Source: Thecamonas trahens ATCC 50062 (taxonomy: Eukaryota > Protista > Apusomonadida). Taken from it: 64,000 nt of DNA. Below the pieces are notes generated by a model, which saw nothing but the letters and a program-made list of their open reading frames with translations, ran no database searches and was not told the DNA's origin. The translations under genes and the position numbers were made by a program. The stretch is from the NCBI RefSeq assembly GCF_000142905.1, contig NW_013657629.1, positions 186,001 through 250,000 of the forward strand, written 5' to 3'. This document shows positions 40,575 to 51,900 of the stretch, piece after piece. Every line of letters begins with the position of its first letter. Position 1 is the first letter of the stretch.

Positions 40575-41326
40575 AGCATGGGCGTAGTGGACGGGAAGGA
40601 GGCAGGCAGCGTGTGCGGGAGGGGCACGGCCGTCGGTCTGGCGGGCGGCGGCGGCATCGTCAGTATCGAGCGTATGATGATGATGTTGATGATGATGATG
40701 GTGGTAGTGGGGATGGTCATGGCCATGGTCGGGCAAGATCGAGAGCGGCCTGGCGGCCGATGGCGGTGGTGTGGACGCCGTTGCCGTGTATCACCTGCTG
40801 TTGTCCGTGCATCGGACATATGGGCATCACAGACTCGGATGGCGCCGTCCATGGTACGGAAAGCAGGGTGTGGGTGTGATCGCACGCAAGGGGGGGGGGG
40901 GGGGGGGTTGATGATGACTCACGGGGACGGAATGGGGTGCTTCAAGACTTTGCTGGCAACTTCTATGTCAATGTAGGGCGGCTCTCGTTCGGCGAGCCGC
41001 TGATGGAGTGGGTGCTGAAGAGCGAGAAGATGGGAGGCGAGGGGGGGCGATACAGCGAGGCGTACGACGGGGCGATTGCCGAGGCCGATGCGGTATTTGG
41101 CGAGAAGAAGCACCATCTTGTGACGCAGAACTGCCACTCGCACGTGGCTGAGGCGCTGACGGATATGGAGTACGGCGGACGGTCATGGGGCATGGTCTCG
41201 GCGTGGGCCGGGCTCATGCGCCACGGGCAGTACGTGTCGTGCGGGGCGCGGGCCAAGGTCTGGCTGCCGGCGGTGGTGGTGTGGGGCGTGGTGGCTGGGG
41301 TGGTTGTGGCGATCACGCAGGCGTAG
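40352..41326 (+). CDS. TMEM222: TMEM222 / RTE1-like membrane protein; exons 40352-40853 and 40947-41326
   Basis: VVWTPLPCITCCCPCIGHMGITDSDGAVH|DFAG...FGEP...HHLVTQNCHSHVAEAL..MEYGG..WGMV...GQYVS. Phase-1 intron GTACGG...GACTCAC...AAG restores the conserved DFAG. Confidence 0.9.
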
Positions 41327-42782
41327 ACGAGTTGCTGCGTTCAGCGTCGCGGCGGGCGCGGCGTGCGCGTGCAGAGAGGGTGCGGACGACAAAAGTTTCG
41401 ACGTCTGCGATGGGATCGATGACTGCGACGCGGCAGGCGAGGCGCGATGTCTCCTCGTGGTAGGTCTCGTCAGGGGTAGCCTTGAGGACGGCAACAAGCG
41501 AGACGAGGACCGACTGCAGGGCCGAGGTCCTGTGGACATCGGCCGCCTCAAACTTGGCGAGGACGTTGGGCAGATGCTCCGAGGCGTAGACGTGGGCGTA
41601 GCCCTGCGACCAGCGGACAGCCGACTCGTACTTGTCCTCGGCACGCTTGACTTTTGTGGCAAGCTTGGGGTTGGAGGCGGCGACCGGGGCCGCGTCAGGT
41701 CCTGCGGCGAGCTCGGCGGCCTTGGCCTTGGAGAGGGCGGCAGTGTAGGCCTTTTCGGCGGCGGCGACGTCCTTGGCCAGCAGCTTGGCCTCCTTGCGGT
41801 GGGAGTGGAGCTCGCTGACGATGGCGGCGTGCTTAGTGCGGAGGGTGTCGACGAGCTTAGCAACAGCCTTGCACGAGGACTCGAGCTGAGCGGTAAACGC
41901 GGCGGTGGCACTGGCCTTCTTGCTCATGACGCCGAGCAGGCCATCCCATGCGACAAGGAGCGACGAGTTGCCGAGCAGCGTCTCACCTTTGAGGCGCTGG
42001 ACAGCAGCAGCGGCACGGTCTGTGAGCTCGGCCATGCCGCGGGCGTAGGCCTCCTCAAGGGCGCCGTACTGGCCGAGAAAGGCCCCAAACAGCCTGGTGG
42101 CCTCAATCGCGTCGGTAGCGCGACCGGTGACGACGTCGAGCTGGCCACCGAGGGCACGGTACGAGAGATCGACGTCGCCGGGCGCGACATCGGCACCGTC
42201 GCCGGAGCTTCCGCCGGCGCCGTCGGCCGACCACGAGTCGTCATCAGTCGGCGGGGAGTTAAATCCCGAGTCCGAGTCCGAGTCGGACGAGTGGTACGGG
42301 GCGAGTGTGGCACGCGGCGACGAGCCGCTCGACGCCCGGCCCATGCTCTGCAGCTTGAACTCGGTGCCAAGCGGCAGGGTGGCCGGTGGCTCGCGGGCCA
42401 TTTGGGCCTCGTACATGTATTCGGTCTGCAGCGGCTGATCGGCCGGCAGCTGGGCGGAGTACACAAAGTCTGCTTCGGACGGCAGGAGGGTGTCGTCTGA
42501 CCGTGGATGCCGGGATAGTTGGAGCCCGAGATCGACCAATCCCGGCCGAGGAAATTCAGAGTGTCCGCCCCACCAGTTGGTGTCCCCGCCCCCAACCAGC
42601 GTGTCCGATAGCAGTCGGTGTCCGTCCGCCAGCCCAGCCCGTCCACACCCCGTCCGTCCCGTGCCCCGTGAGTCCCCTTCCCCTTCCCCTTCCCCTCCCC
42701 CCTCCCTTCCCTCCCCCCCCCCCCCCCCCTCAATCTCCTTGGACATACCCGTGTCAAAGCCACCGGTGTCAATCCCGCTCAT
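41313..42782 (-). CDS. F-BAR (FCH) domain protein; probable intron 42748-42497
   Basis: FGAFLGQYGALEEAYARGMAEL...SSLLVAWDGLL followed by a coiled-coil helix set. Phase-1 GTATGT...CAG intron removes a G-rich low-complexity stretch. Confidence 0.65.
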   Translation of the reverse strand: MSGIDTGGFDTGMSKEIEGGGGGEGREGGGEGEGEGDSRGTGRTGCGRAGLADGHRLLSDTLVGGGDTNWWGGHSEFPRPGLVDLGLQLSRHPRSDDTLLPSEADFVYSAQLPADQPLQTEYMYEAQMAREPPATLPLGTEFKLQSMGRASSGSSPRATLAPYHSSDSDSDSGFNSPPTDDDSWSADGAGGSSGDGADVAPGDVDLSYRALGGQLDVVTGRATDAIEATRLFGAFLGQYGALEEAYARGMAELTDRAAAAVQRLKGETLLGNSSLLVAWDGLLGVMSKKASATAAFTAQLESSCKAVAKLVDTLRTKHAAIVSELHSHRKEAKLLAKDVAAAEKAYTAALSKAKAAELAAGPDAAPVAASNPKLATKVKRAEDKYESAVRWSQGYAHVYASEHLPNVLAKFEAADVHRTSALQSVLVSLVAVLKATPDETYHEETSRLACRVAVIDPIADVETFVVRTLSARARRARRDAERSNSSTPA

Positions 42783-42922
42783 GTCTCTGGCCTCTGCGTG
42801 CGGTGTCCCTCCCTCCCAGGCCTGTGACCTGCCACCGCACAGCCAATGCCTGGCACATGACCTGTGCCTGACCGACCACACGCCTGATCCGACTGTTCAC
42901 TCGATCTTAGGTGGGTATGTCC

Positions 42923-43318
42923 GAGCTGATTGGGCTCGATCCGAGGTGGGGCTGGTATGAGCTGTTTGGGCTCGATCCGAGGTGGGGCTGGTATGAGCTG
43001 ATTGGGCTCGATCCGAGGTGGGGCTGGTATGAGCTGATTGGGCTCGATCCGAGGTGGGGCTGGTATGAGCTGATTGGGCTCGATCCGAGGTGGGGCTGGT
43101 ATGAGCTGATTGGGCTCGATCCGAGGTGGGGCTGGTATGAGCTGTTTGGGCTCGATCCGAGGTGGGGCTGGTATGAGCTGATTGGGCTCGATCCGAGGTG
43201 GGGCTGGTATGAGCTGATTGAGCTCGATCCGAGGTGGGGCTGGTATGAGCTGATTGGGCTCGATCCGAGGTGGGGCTGGTATGAGCTGTTTGGGCTCGAT
43301 CCGAGGTGGGGCTGGTAT
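42923..43318. repeat. 36-bp minisatellite, 11 near-identical head-to-tail copies
   Basis: Unit gagctg(a/t)ttgggctcgatccgaggtggggctggtat with no spacers. Confidence 0.97.
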
Positions 43319-43520
43319 GAGCTGAGCGAGTTGAGCGATCGACACTGGTTTGGGGGAGGGCTGATCGCAGGTGGTTGGGGTGCAGGGGGTGGGGCTGATC
43401 AAGTGCGGCTGATGACAATCAAACCGACTGGGCACAACGGCGGCGTAATCATCACATGGCTGCGGTGGGTGGGCCTGCAGGCTAACGCTGTCGGCGGTAC
43501 GCTGGCGTCGTTTACTGTGA

Positions 43521-44549
43521 TCAGCCCCAGTAGTTGTAGAACTTGTCGCCGTACCGGTTGACGTCTTCAGCCTTGGCCTGCAGCGGCGTCGGCTCGGCGA
43601 CAACACCCGAGGCGGCAGCGGCAGCGGCAGCAGCCTTCTTCTCGGCCAGCTCTGTGCTGAGCCAGGCCTCGATGAGCTGGAGGAGCGGCGATGCGCCAAA
43701 AGACCGCCGACCCGAGACCGGAACAGCGCGGGCGAGCGTCTCAAGCTCCTCGCATTCGCCGAGGTCGACAAAGCGGCGGACGGCGCCGTTGCAGAGATGG
43801 ACAACGTGGGTGGCCCAGTCGCCAAGGCCGTCAAAGATGTGTGTGGCGTAGACCACGGTGGCACCGCGGGTCTCGGTCTGATGCCGGAGCCAGGCCATGA
43901 GGTCGTGCCGAACAAGGACGTCGAGATCGACGGTGACTTCGTCGAGGAGGAGGAGCGTCCACGGCTTGAGCAGGCCGAGCAGGAGCTGGACCCGCCGACG
44001 CTGGCCGTCAGACACCTTGTGCATCCGCCATGTCGGCTCGACGCCGAGCAGAGCCAGCAGCTCATCACGGCGATCCGGGTACGTGTTGCCGCCCATGGAG
44101 ACGATGAGATCCGCCACGACAACGTCCTTCCGCACCACAGGGTTGTGCGCCCACTCGGCACCGAGGAAGGTCAGCCCACGCGGAGTGGCCCGGTACGCAT
44201 CCTTGCCCAGAACCACCACCGGATGCTTGACCAGATGCTTGCCGGCCAAGATCCGCAGCAGCGTCGTCTTGCCCGTCCCGTTCAGCCCGACAAGCAGGGT
44301 TCGGGTGCCCGGGGCAAAGTCGAGCGAGACGTCAAACAGGACCTCTTTCTCCCCACCATAGTCATACGACAGCTCCTCCACATGAACCGCAGCGTCCATC
44401 GCCAACGACGACTCCGCTGCCTTTGCATCGGTCATCTCCATGGCCATCGCCTCGACACCATCGCCAGCGCCGCCGTTACCCGCACCTTGGCTGGCATTCC
44501 CACCAGCCATCACCACCTCCATATCACTCGCGCCTGTACTCGCCGCCAT
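43521..44549 (-). CDS. CAF16: Soluble ABC ATPase, CAF16 / plant ABCI20-21-like
   Basis: Walker A GLNGTGKTT; WRMHKVSDGQRRRVQL; LLLLDEVTVDLDVLVR; ETRGATVVYATHIFDGL; no TM domain. Confidence 0.88.
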   Translation of the reverse strand: MAASTGASDMEVVMAGGNASQGAGNGGAGDGVEAMAMEMTDAKAAESSLAMDAAVHVEELSYDYGGEKEVLFDVSLDFAPGTRTLLVGLNGTGKTTLLRILAGKHLVKHPVVVLGKDAYRATPRGLTFLGAEWAHNPVVRKDVVVADLIVSMGGNTYPDRRDELLALLGVEPTWRMHKVSDGQRRRVQLLLGLLKPWTLLLLDEVTVDLDVLVRHDLMAWLRHQTETRGATVVYATHIFDGLGDWATHVVHLCNGAVRRFVDLGECEELETLARAVPVSGRRSFGASPLLQLIEAWLSTELAEKKAAAAAAAASGVVAEPTPLQAKAEDVNRYGDKFYNYWG

Positions 44550-45238
44550 CTCTCACTTGCTCCTCTTGTCCCAGTTACGTGTGTTGACCCGTACACTCGT
44601 CGTTGCCCCTCCCTTCCGCTCGCCGCCTTTTGAACCGTAAGCTGAGCCGAGTTGAGCGGAGCAGATTGAGTTGAGCAGCCGTCACAGCGCTGACGACAGC
44701 TGAGCTCAGCCGACCGGCTCCTGCTGGGCCCGACCGCAGGCATACCGATCGCTTCCTCAACCACCACCACCAGTCATATAGAGAGATAGCATTGGGTGTG
44801 GGTAGGCGAGGGATGAGGGGAGTACGGGCCAATGAGGAGGTCGGAGCAGGGCTTGGGCTGCTTCATCTCGGATCGCTCAGGCTGAGTCCGGTACGTTTGC
44901 CGGCATGAACTGGACTCACATGCCATCATTGATGGCGACTCAGCCCCCCTCCCCCTGTATAGTCGATAACGGCCTTCTATGGCCGATGCGAATGCCGATG
45001 CAGCCGCCGCAGAGCCGCAGAGCCGTTGCAGCCCAGTTGCAGTTGTGATGATGCCATCATGCACCGATCGTTGGCAAGTCACGCGTCTCCGAGTGACTAT
45101 GAACAGAGGGTCTTTAGCCCATGCCCTACCACCAGCAACCCCTCTCCCAGCCCCCCCCATCCCTATCCCCGATCAATCTCTCCCCACCCATCCCCGATCA
45201 AGAAACAATTCCCCACCCCCCCCCCCCCCCCCCTCCCC

Positions 45239-45338
45239 NNNNNNNNNNNNNNNNNNNNNNNNNNNNNNNNNNNNNNNNNNNNNNNNNNNNNNNNNNNNNN
45301 NNNNNNNNNNNNNNNNNNNNNNNNNNNNNNNNNNNNNN
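45239..45338. other. Assembly gap (N run)
   Basis: Run of N. Confidence 1.
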
Positions 45339-45439
45339 ACTACCTCACTCCACCCACTCCCCCCCCCTCCCCCCCCTCCCCTCCCCCTCCCCTCCCCCTC
45401 CCCGCACACAGCCATAGCTGCAATTGCCCCTGGCCGGGG

Positions 45440-45971
45440 TATGGGAAAGGACACCAGCATGCCGCAGGCGGTGGGCACAGCCATGTCGCACTCGGTCAGC
45501 CTCTCCCAGTCGGCGAGTAGGGCCATGGTCATCGATGGGGCTCTTGCTCATCATCTGGCTGCATTGGGTGGCGCTGCGGAAGTCTTTGCTGGAAACGCTG
45601 CTCTTGCTCCGCTTGCCATGGATACGCCGACTGTCGGTCGTCCCTCCTCCTCCTCCTCCTCCTCCTCCTCCTCCTCAACCCTGTCCGCTGCATCGGTTGC
45701 GTCGTCCACGGCGGCGCATCCTTCTGCTGCATCCTCGTTCATGGCTTCGGTTGTCTCGGACAAGAGCAGCGCGGTCAACTCATTCTCCCCCATCGTTGAC
45801 GCTGCTCTGAGGGATCACCTCGCCATCGAGCCTGTCGTGGCCCCCGCTGGCGCCCCCGTCGTCGACATGCTCCTCGAGTCAGTCCTCCGCAAGCGCAAGC
45901 GCAAGATGCGCAAGCACAAGCGCCGCAAGCGCCGTCGCCTCATCCGCCGCAAGACAAAGGCCAATGTCTAA
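45440..45971 (+). CDS. Mitoribosomal protein mS38 (COX24/AURKAIP1 family); start uncertain
   Basis: C-terminal MLLESVLRKRKRKMRKHKRRKRRRLIR. Confidence 0.8.
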
Positions 45972-46157
45972 TCGCCGTTTACATCGCCACTCTCCACCTT
46001 CGCCCCTCCCCCCTCCCCCCCTTCCCCCCCCCCCATCTTCTCCTAGGGCGCACCTCATCCCAGGCTCCAAACATCGGACCCGATCACGCGACCAGGACTG
46101 CAGCTGCTGCAATTGGGCATTCCCGCCCAATAAACCACTTGTCTCCCGCCCTCCGAC

Positions 46158-48922
46158 ATGGATCCCGGCTTCGAATTCCATTCCTGGGCCCATCTCGCCG
46201 ATCTTCTCCAACTCTCGCGTCGTACCTATGCCGACTTCCGCTCGCCGGCCACCGCTGACTCCCTCTCTGCCTTCGGACTCTCCATCGCCACCGATGCCTC
46301 GTCCACTACCCACGCCCTGGCCCTCCCTGTCGCCTCGCCGCTCTCGCCGATCTACATGCGTGACAACATCGGTTCGGCTAGCAGGCTCGTGGCCGCCGTT
46401 ATCGACCGCCATCTGCCAGCCACCTTGAGACCGCCGCACGCATCGGTCTTTCTCACCAACGCCCATCCTCTCGACGTCTTCCTCGCCAAAGCCGCCATCC
46501 TCCTCCGCCATGACCTTCTCGATCTCACCACCATCGCCTCGGCTGCCGAAGCAATCTTCCTTGCGCCAGGTGTCTTTGCCCTCGTCGTTGCCCCGCTCCT
46601 CGACCCGCCCCTCGCCCACAGCCTTCACCTCGTCCTCGCCCGCCTCGGTGCTACTCCCTCGCCCCATGCCCTCGCTGCTGCGCTCAACCTGTCTGACGTC
46701 GTGCCCTCTCCGCCACGCCCGCCGTCCTCGCCACACAGCCTCGCCTCCGCCGCAGAGTGCCTCCCGGACGACTGCCTGCTCGCCCGCTGGGGCTTGCGCG
46801 AGCTGGCGACCGGTCTCGTCGCCCGACTGGAGCATACCGACATGACGGGCGATGCTGATGATGTTGCTGTCGCTTGGCTGACGCATCTGCTGGCCACCGC
46901 CTACGCCGAGGAGCCCACACTCATCATGGCGAGCAGGCTGTTCGAGGCTGCCGCCGACGAGATCATGGCCATCCTTGCCATGCTCCCGGCGCCGATCTTC
47001 ACCCCGCTCGAGCTTGCAGCTGCTATCGTGTCCGTACCGGCTGCGCGCTATCCAGACCTACTCTCGTCCCACTCACAGGCCTTTCTCTACTCGGGCGGGA
47101 TGGACGCCATCACTGCGGCGCTCGCTGCCGCACTTGCCGCTTTTCCGAACTCGCCACACGCGGTCATCCGCCTCGATCCCGATCGCGACTACATGGAGAC
47201 TGCGTACGTGACCACTGACATGGAAGTGGCGCCGCCGTGCGAGGCTACCACAACCCTCATTGCACTTCTCACCCTCAATCCGTCGGCGCCGGCCGGCGAC
47301 CTCGATCCGGCGATCATCGCCGATGCGCTTGCCGCCGCTCGCCGCGCCGCGCCGCGCCTCCTCCGCATCTTCCTCGTCATTGACATCACCATCGAAACAC
47401 CGGCGCTGATGCTTCCGCGCGTGGTATGCGCCCTTGATCTAGGCGGCACACAGTGTCATCTTCTCCTCTGCAAGTCGTATGTCAAGTACGCTTCGCTCGG
47501 CCTCGCCAAGTCGATGGCCGGCTCGGTTGTCGCCACCTCCCTCACCTCGAGTACTCTCCCGCCTCAGCTCTGCGAGCTGCTTGCAGCGTGGCAGGCCGAT
47601 GCCTCGCTACCGGAGCACGGCCTCCTTGGCCTGCTCCTCTCGTACGCCTCCCATCGCGAGCTCGAGCTTGTCGACTCGGCCGCTGCCGGCGCGGCCGCGG
47701 TCGCATTGTCTCTACTTCCAGTCTATCGTGAGGTCGCAGGCGGAGAAGCTTTTGTGAGCGGCCTTCCGTTCATTCTCAAGGCCAAGAGCGCAGCGCGATG
47801 GGTCCTCTTTCCCACACGCGCCATGGCTCTGGCCACGCGCCGACCGTCGATCTCGCTGCCCTCACCGCCAAGCTCGCCTTTGAGGATCGTGACTCGTTCT
47901 CCTCGCTCTCATCAGCCACCCTCTCGATGACCTCGCAGTTCCGATTCAACGTCGGCCAAGAGTCTGACGACGAGCTTGTCCTCCGCTACGCTGCACTTGG
48001 TATTGTCTGCCGACCGCAGCTTCCGGGCGCCCGCCCGCAGGAGATCACTCTCACCGCTGCGCTACACGCCGCCGCTGCCGCAATCGACGACGGCAACCCG
48101 CTCATCGCGCTCTCGCTCTACAACTTTATCTTTGCCCATCACCCAGGCCTCCCGCGCCATGTCCTTCCCGAGCTCACCCACGGTCTCGCTGCTGCCTTTG
48201 ACATCCTTTCGGCCGAGGCTCTCCGATTCGAGGCCGTCCACGCTGTCGTCCTAGGCTGGCTCGCGAACATCGCTGTTGCTAGCGAGTCGCTGCCGCGCCC
48301 ACCACCTGCTGCCATCGTCGCCCTCCCACTGCATCGCGTCTTCAATTCGCTCGTGATGGCGGTGGAAACCAGCGCGGCGTGCGCTGCGCTGGCAACAGAG
48401 CTCACACCGCTAGTGCCCATTCCGCAATCCATCGCCTCGGCCATGCTTGATGCCCTCACTAGTCACCATCGGCATGCAGACGGAGTGCTCGGCGCCCGGG
48501 CCCGTCTTGTCGCCCAGCTGGCGGACATGCCAGACGGCGCACTGCCGCCCCCGCTCGTAGACGCCATCCGCGCTTCCGAGGCCGCCGCTGCCGCCAAAGC
48601 CACTGCTGCTGCCGTTGCCACGGCAGCAATCCACCGCGTGCTTGACGCCGCGCTTGGCGAGGTAGCGAGCGATGCTCCCAAGGCTGCCGTCGCCAAAGCC
48701 GTGGCGGTTGCAGTGACGCAGCTCGAGGAGCTTCACGAGCTGGGCTGCGTGCCGCAGCCAGCAATCGTGGCCAAAGCAGCGGCAAGCCATCCCGCCGTCC
48801 AGCGACTGCGGCTCGACGACCCGCAGCTGGCGAGCATGTGGACTGCGCGGCGACCGGAGGTGTTTGTGGCAGCCCGGATTGCAAAGTCATGGGCGCGGGC
48901 AGAGGCACATACGCAATCATGA
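46158..48922 (+). CDS. Hypothetical protein with divergent PLP-dependent transferase (Cys/Met-metabolism-like) domain; frameshift near 47770-47800
   Basis: AFLYSGGMDAITAAL, LVIDIT, KSYVKY, SMAGSVV; in the second frame, RDSF...FRFNVGQE. Confidence 0.5.
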
Positions 48923-51900
48923 CGAGCCCGACAACAGCTGCGCCTGCATGTCCCAGTCGATGCCCGAGAGGGTGTAGTAGAGAACCAGCCGCGAAGCGTC
49001 GCCGGCAGCCTCAATCTTGCCGGCCGCGAGTGCGGCCGCTACGTCTGCAGCAGCTGCGGCAGCAGAGGCGGCAGCGGCGGCGGCAGCCTCAGCCTCCTCG
49101 TCGATCTGGACAGCTCGGCCAAAGTGAAGGAGGAGCATGTTCTCGACAAGCTTGACTCGGCGGCCGGTGGCGAACCTCTGGAGGAGGACCGGTGAAACGC
49201 CGAGTCGCTTGGCGAGCTCATTGCGGTCCGGGACGCGGACCAGCTGCTCGCGGAGCCAGTTACAGAGCTCGTCCGAGAGCTTGGCCACCGACGGCTCCTG
49301 GCCGCCTGGCAGGTCGCGGGCATCAAACTCGTCGAGGACCAGCTCGCGGACTGCCTCGCCACCCCCGTACATGGCAAGGAGCGCGCCCTCAACTTTGCGC
49401 GACCGCCCGCCGGAGCGGAACGAGTTGAGCAGCGTCTCGGTTACGCCCAGGCGCCGGGCCTGGACCGCAAACAGCGCGCCCTGCCGCAGCGAGGCCTCTG
49501 CCCGGGCCCGCAGCCACGCGACCAGCTCGGTGTGGAGCTCATGCCCTCCGTGCGCCGCCGCGAGGGTGTACCGCTCGTCGGCAGGGTACAGCAGTTGCAG
49601 AATGCGGTTGGCGTCAGCGCAAAAGGCAGTAAAGGCACGGAAGAGCTCCCACAGCGCCTGGTCTGGCTGCATCGGATTGCCGGACCACCAAAACCCGTCG
49701 TCGGCCTCGTAGAGGACGGCCACGCCCGAGACGTGCAGATACGTTCGTGACATGGTGCCGGTCTCGGGCTCGCGCTGGACGTTGTCAAGGAGAAACTCAA
49801 AGCGGGCAAGTACCGTAGCCTTGACCAGCGGCAGCAGGTGCGGCTGATCGGCGACAAGCGTCGGGTCAAGCCCGATGTGGGTCCGCGCCCGCCAGATCGG
49901 CGTCCGCTCACGACCGCGCGAGCCGACCGGGACCTGGACGAGAGAAAACCCACACTGTCGCGCACGGCGAGTGCACGAGGTGAGAAACTCGCGGATGGAG
50001 ACGCCCGACGCAACCAGCCACTGCAGCTCCATGTGCCAGACCTTGGACGGCCAGTACGCGCCCTCGTACTCGATCTTAAGCCACTCGGGCCGGCCGGTTG
50101 AGTCGAGCGCATCGAGGTCGACGAGCCGGAACGCCGGCGAGGCGGCCATGTCAGCCTCGTCGGCGGCCGACGGAAAGTAATTGGCAAGGAGCTCCGGGAC
50201 GTCAATGTCACCGTTGGGTAGGGCCACAGTCGACGGCTCGGGCAAGACCCGGAGCTGCGCAAGCTCCGCCAGCGGCTTTGCCGGGCCGGCCACCGCCCAG
50301 CTGTACGAACTTGATGCGGCGTCCGTGACGGCAGCGGTGGCAACAGTGCCCGACGCAGCTGCGGCGTGAACGGCACCACGCAGCGGCTCGAGCCAGCCGC
50401 GGTCGACAAAGACGGCTGCCAGCGCCGCAGCATCCAGCCGCGCGTCGAGGCACATGTTAGTCTTGAGCGTGGTGATCACACTCGCACCCGAGATGGCGAT
50501 GTCGCCGGCAGCATTGGCGAGGCACGCCGCCACGTGCGAGAGCAAGCCCCAGTAGTACGCTGAAATGGTGTCCGGGACTGATTCGACGCGGGTGGTGGCG
50601 GCGACGTGGGAGACCCGGTGGGCGACAGCGTGGAGGACTTCGCCGCACGCGTCGCGCATGGCTACGTACTCGCCGAGCGCCGCGCCAAACTCGCCGACCC
50701 CGCAGGTGAACTTGAGGTATGGGTAGAGGAGTGAGATGCGGAAGCCGGTGGTGATGTCTTCGCCTGAGCGTGGCGCGGTAGCGGTTGAGCCCGAGCGGTG
50801 ACGGCCGCGGGAGCGGCCGCGGTAGACGCCGACGGCGGCGCCGGAGACCGACGGCGCGACGCGGACGGCGAGCGCGGTCTGCTGCTCCGACCGGGCGGTC
50901 CGCACAATGTTGGAGACAAACTTGGAAAAGGCGCCGGCGGCGGTCTCGGGATCGCGGGCCGAGTCGAGGTCTGGGACAAGGGCGAGGCGGACGCGCCACC
51001 AGGCGAGCGGCGTGACCTGCGGTTGGCTCGGCTCAAGCATGCCGGAAACCATGTTGTCCTGCGCGTTCCAGTCGTACTCGGAGAGAAGGTGCGGCGTGAG
51101 CTCGACTCGGCTGACGACGTACGCGTCTGAGAGCAGAGTCCAGGTGTAGTACTCGTAGTCGAAGCGCATCGACTTGAGGTAGTCTGAGTCGGGCGGGAGG
51201 CCGTGGATGGTGACCTGGATGGTCTCGTTGTCGCCCTCGGTGATTTCGTGATACGTCTGGCCGATCGACATCTTGACGGTGGCCGAGCCGCCGCCGTCGG
51301 CGCCGGGCTCGGGCGAGGCGAGGAGCTTGCGGGCCTGCCGCCGCGACGACGCAGTGAGCCGGCGCGACGAAATGCGCGAGGTGGTTCTTGCAGGGATCTT
51401 AGGCGGCGAGTTGGATGCTGCGCCGCGACCGGCGAGCCACGGAAAGAGTGCCGTGTGCGCCGACTTGGTGGCTTCAGCAGCGTCGGGAACGTAGAGCTGG
51501 AAGCCCTGTGCGAGCCGCTGTGAGACTAGCTCCTTCATCATGGCGCTCATAGCGGCGTACTTGACGTCGTCAAGGTCGGGTGTGACCGAGTGCGGGCGCT
51601 GCTGGAAGCCGCGCTGACGCAGCTCCGACGAGTCGGGGTAAAAGTCGGTGGTGAGCGGGAGGAGCGCTGGCGAGCAGAGCGAGAGCCAGTTGGGGCCCGA
51701 TGGGGTAAACGAGGCACAACCCGAGGTTTGCGCCACCACCTGGGCCGACGCCGGCGCGATGTGGGTCCATCGCCGGCGTGACGCGTTGCGGCCTTGCTGG
51801 GTGAGCGGCTTGAACGGGTTGTCGGCGTCGTAGACGCGGGCTGCTGTCGAGCCTGGTTTGCGCGCTGGCCCCGCTGCGGCGGCACCGGCATCACTCGATC

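Noticed and set aside
42923-43318. CRISPR array (36-bp repeats)
   Set aside because: Repeats are directly head-to-tail with no unique spacers, there are no cas genes, and the context is eukaryotic
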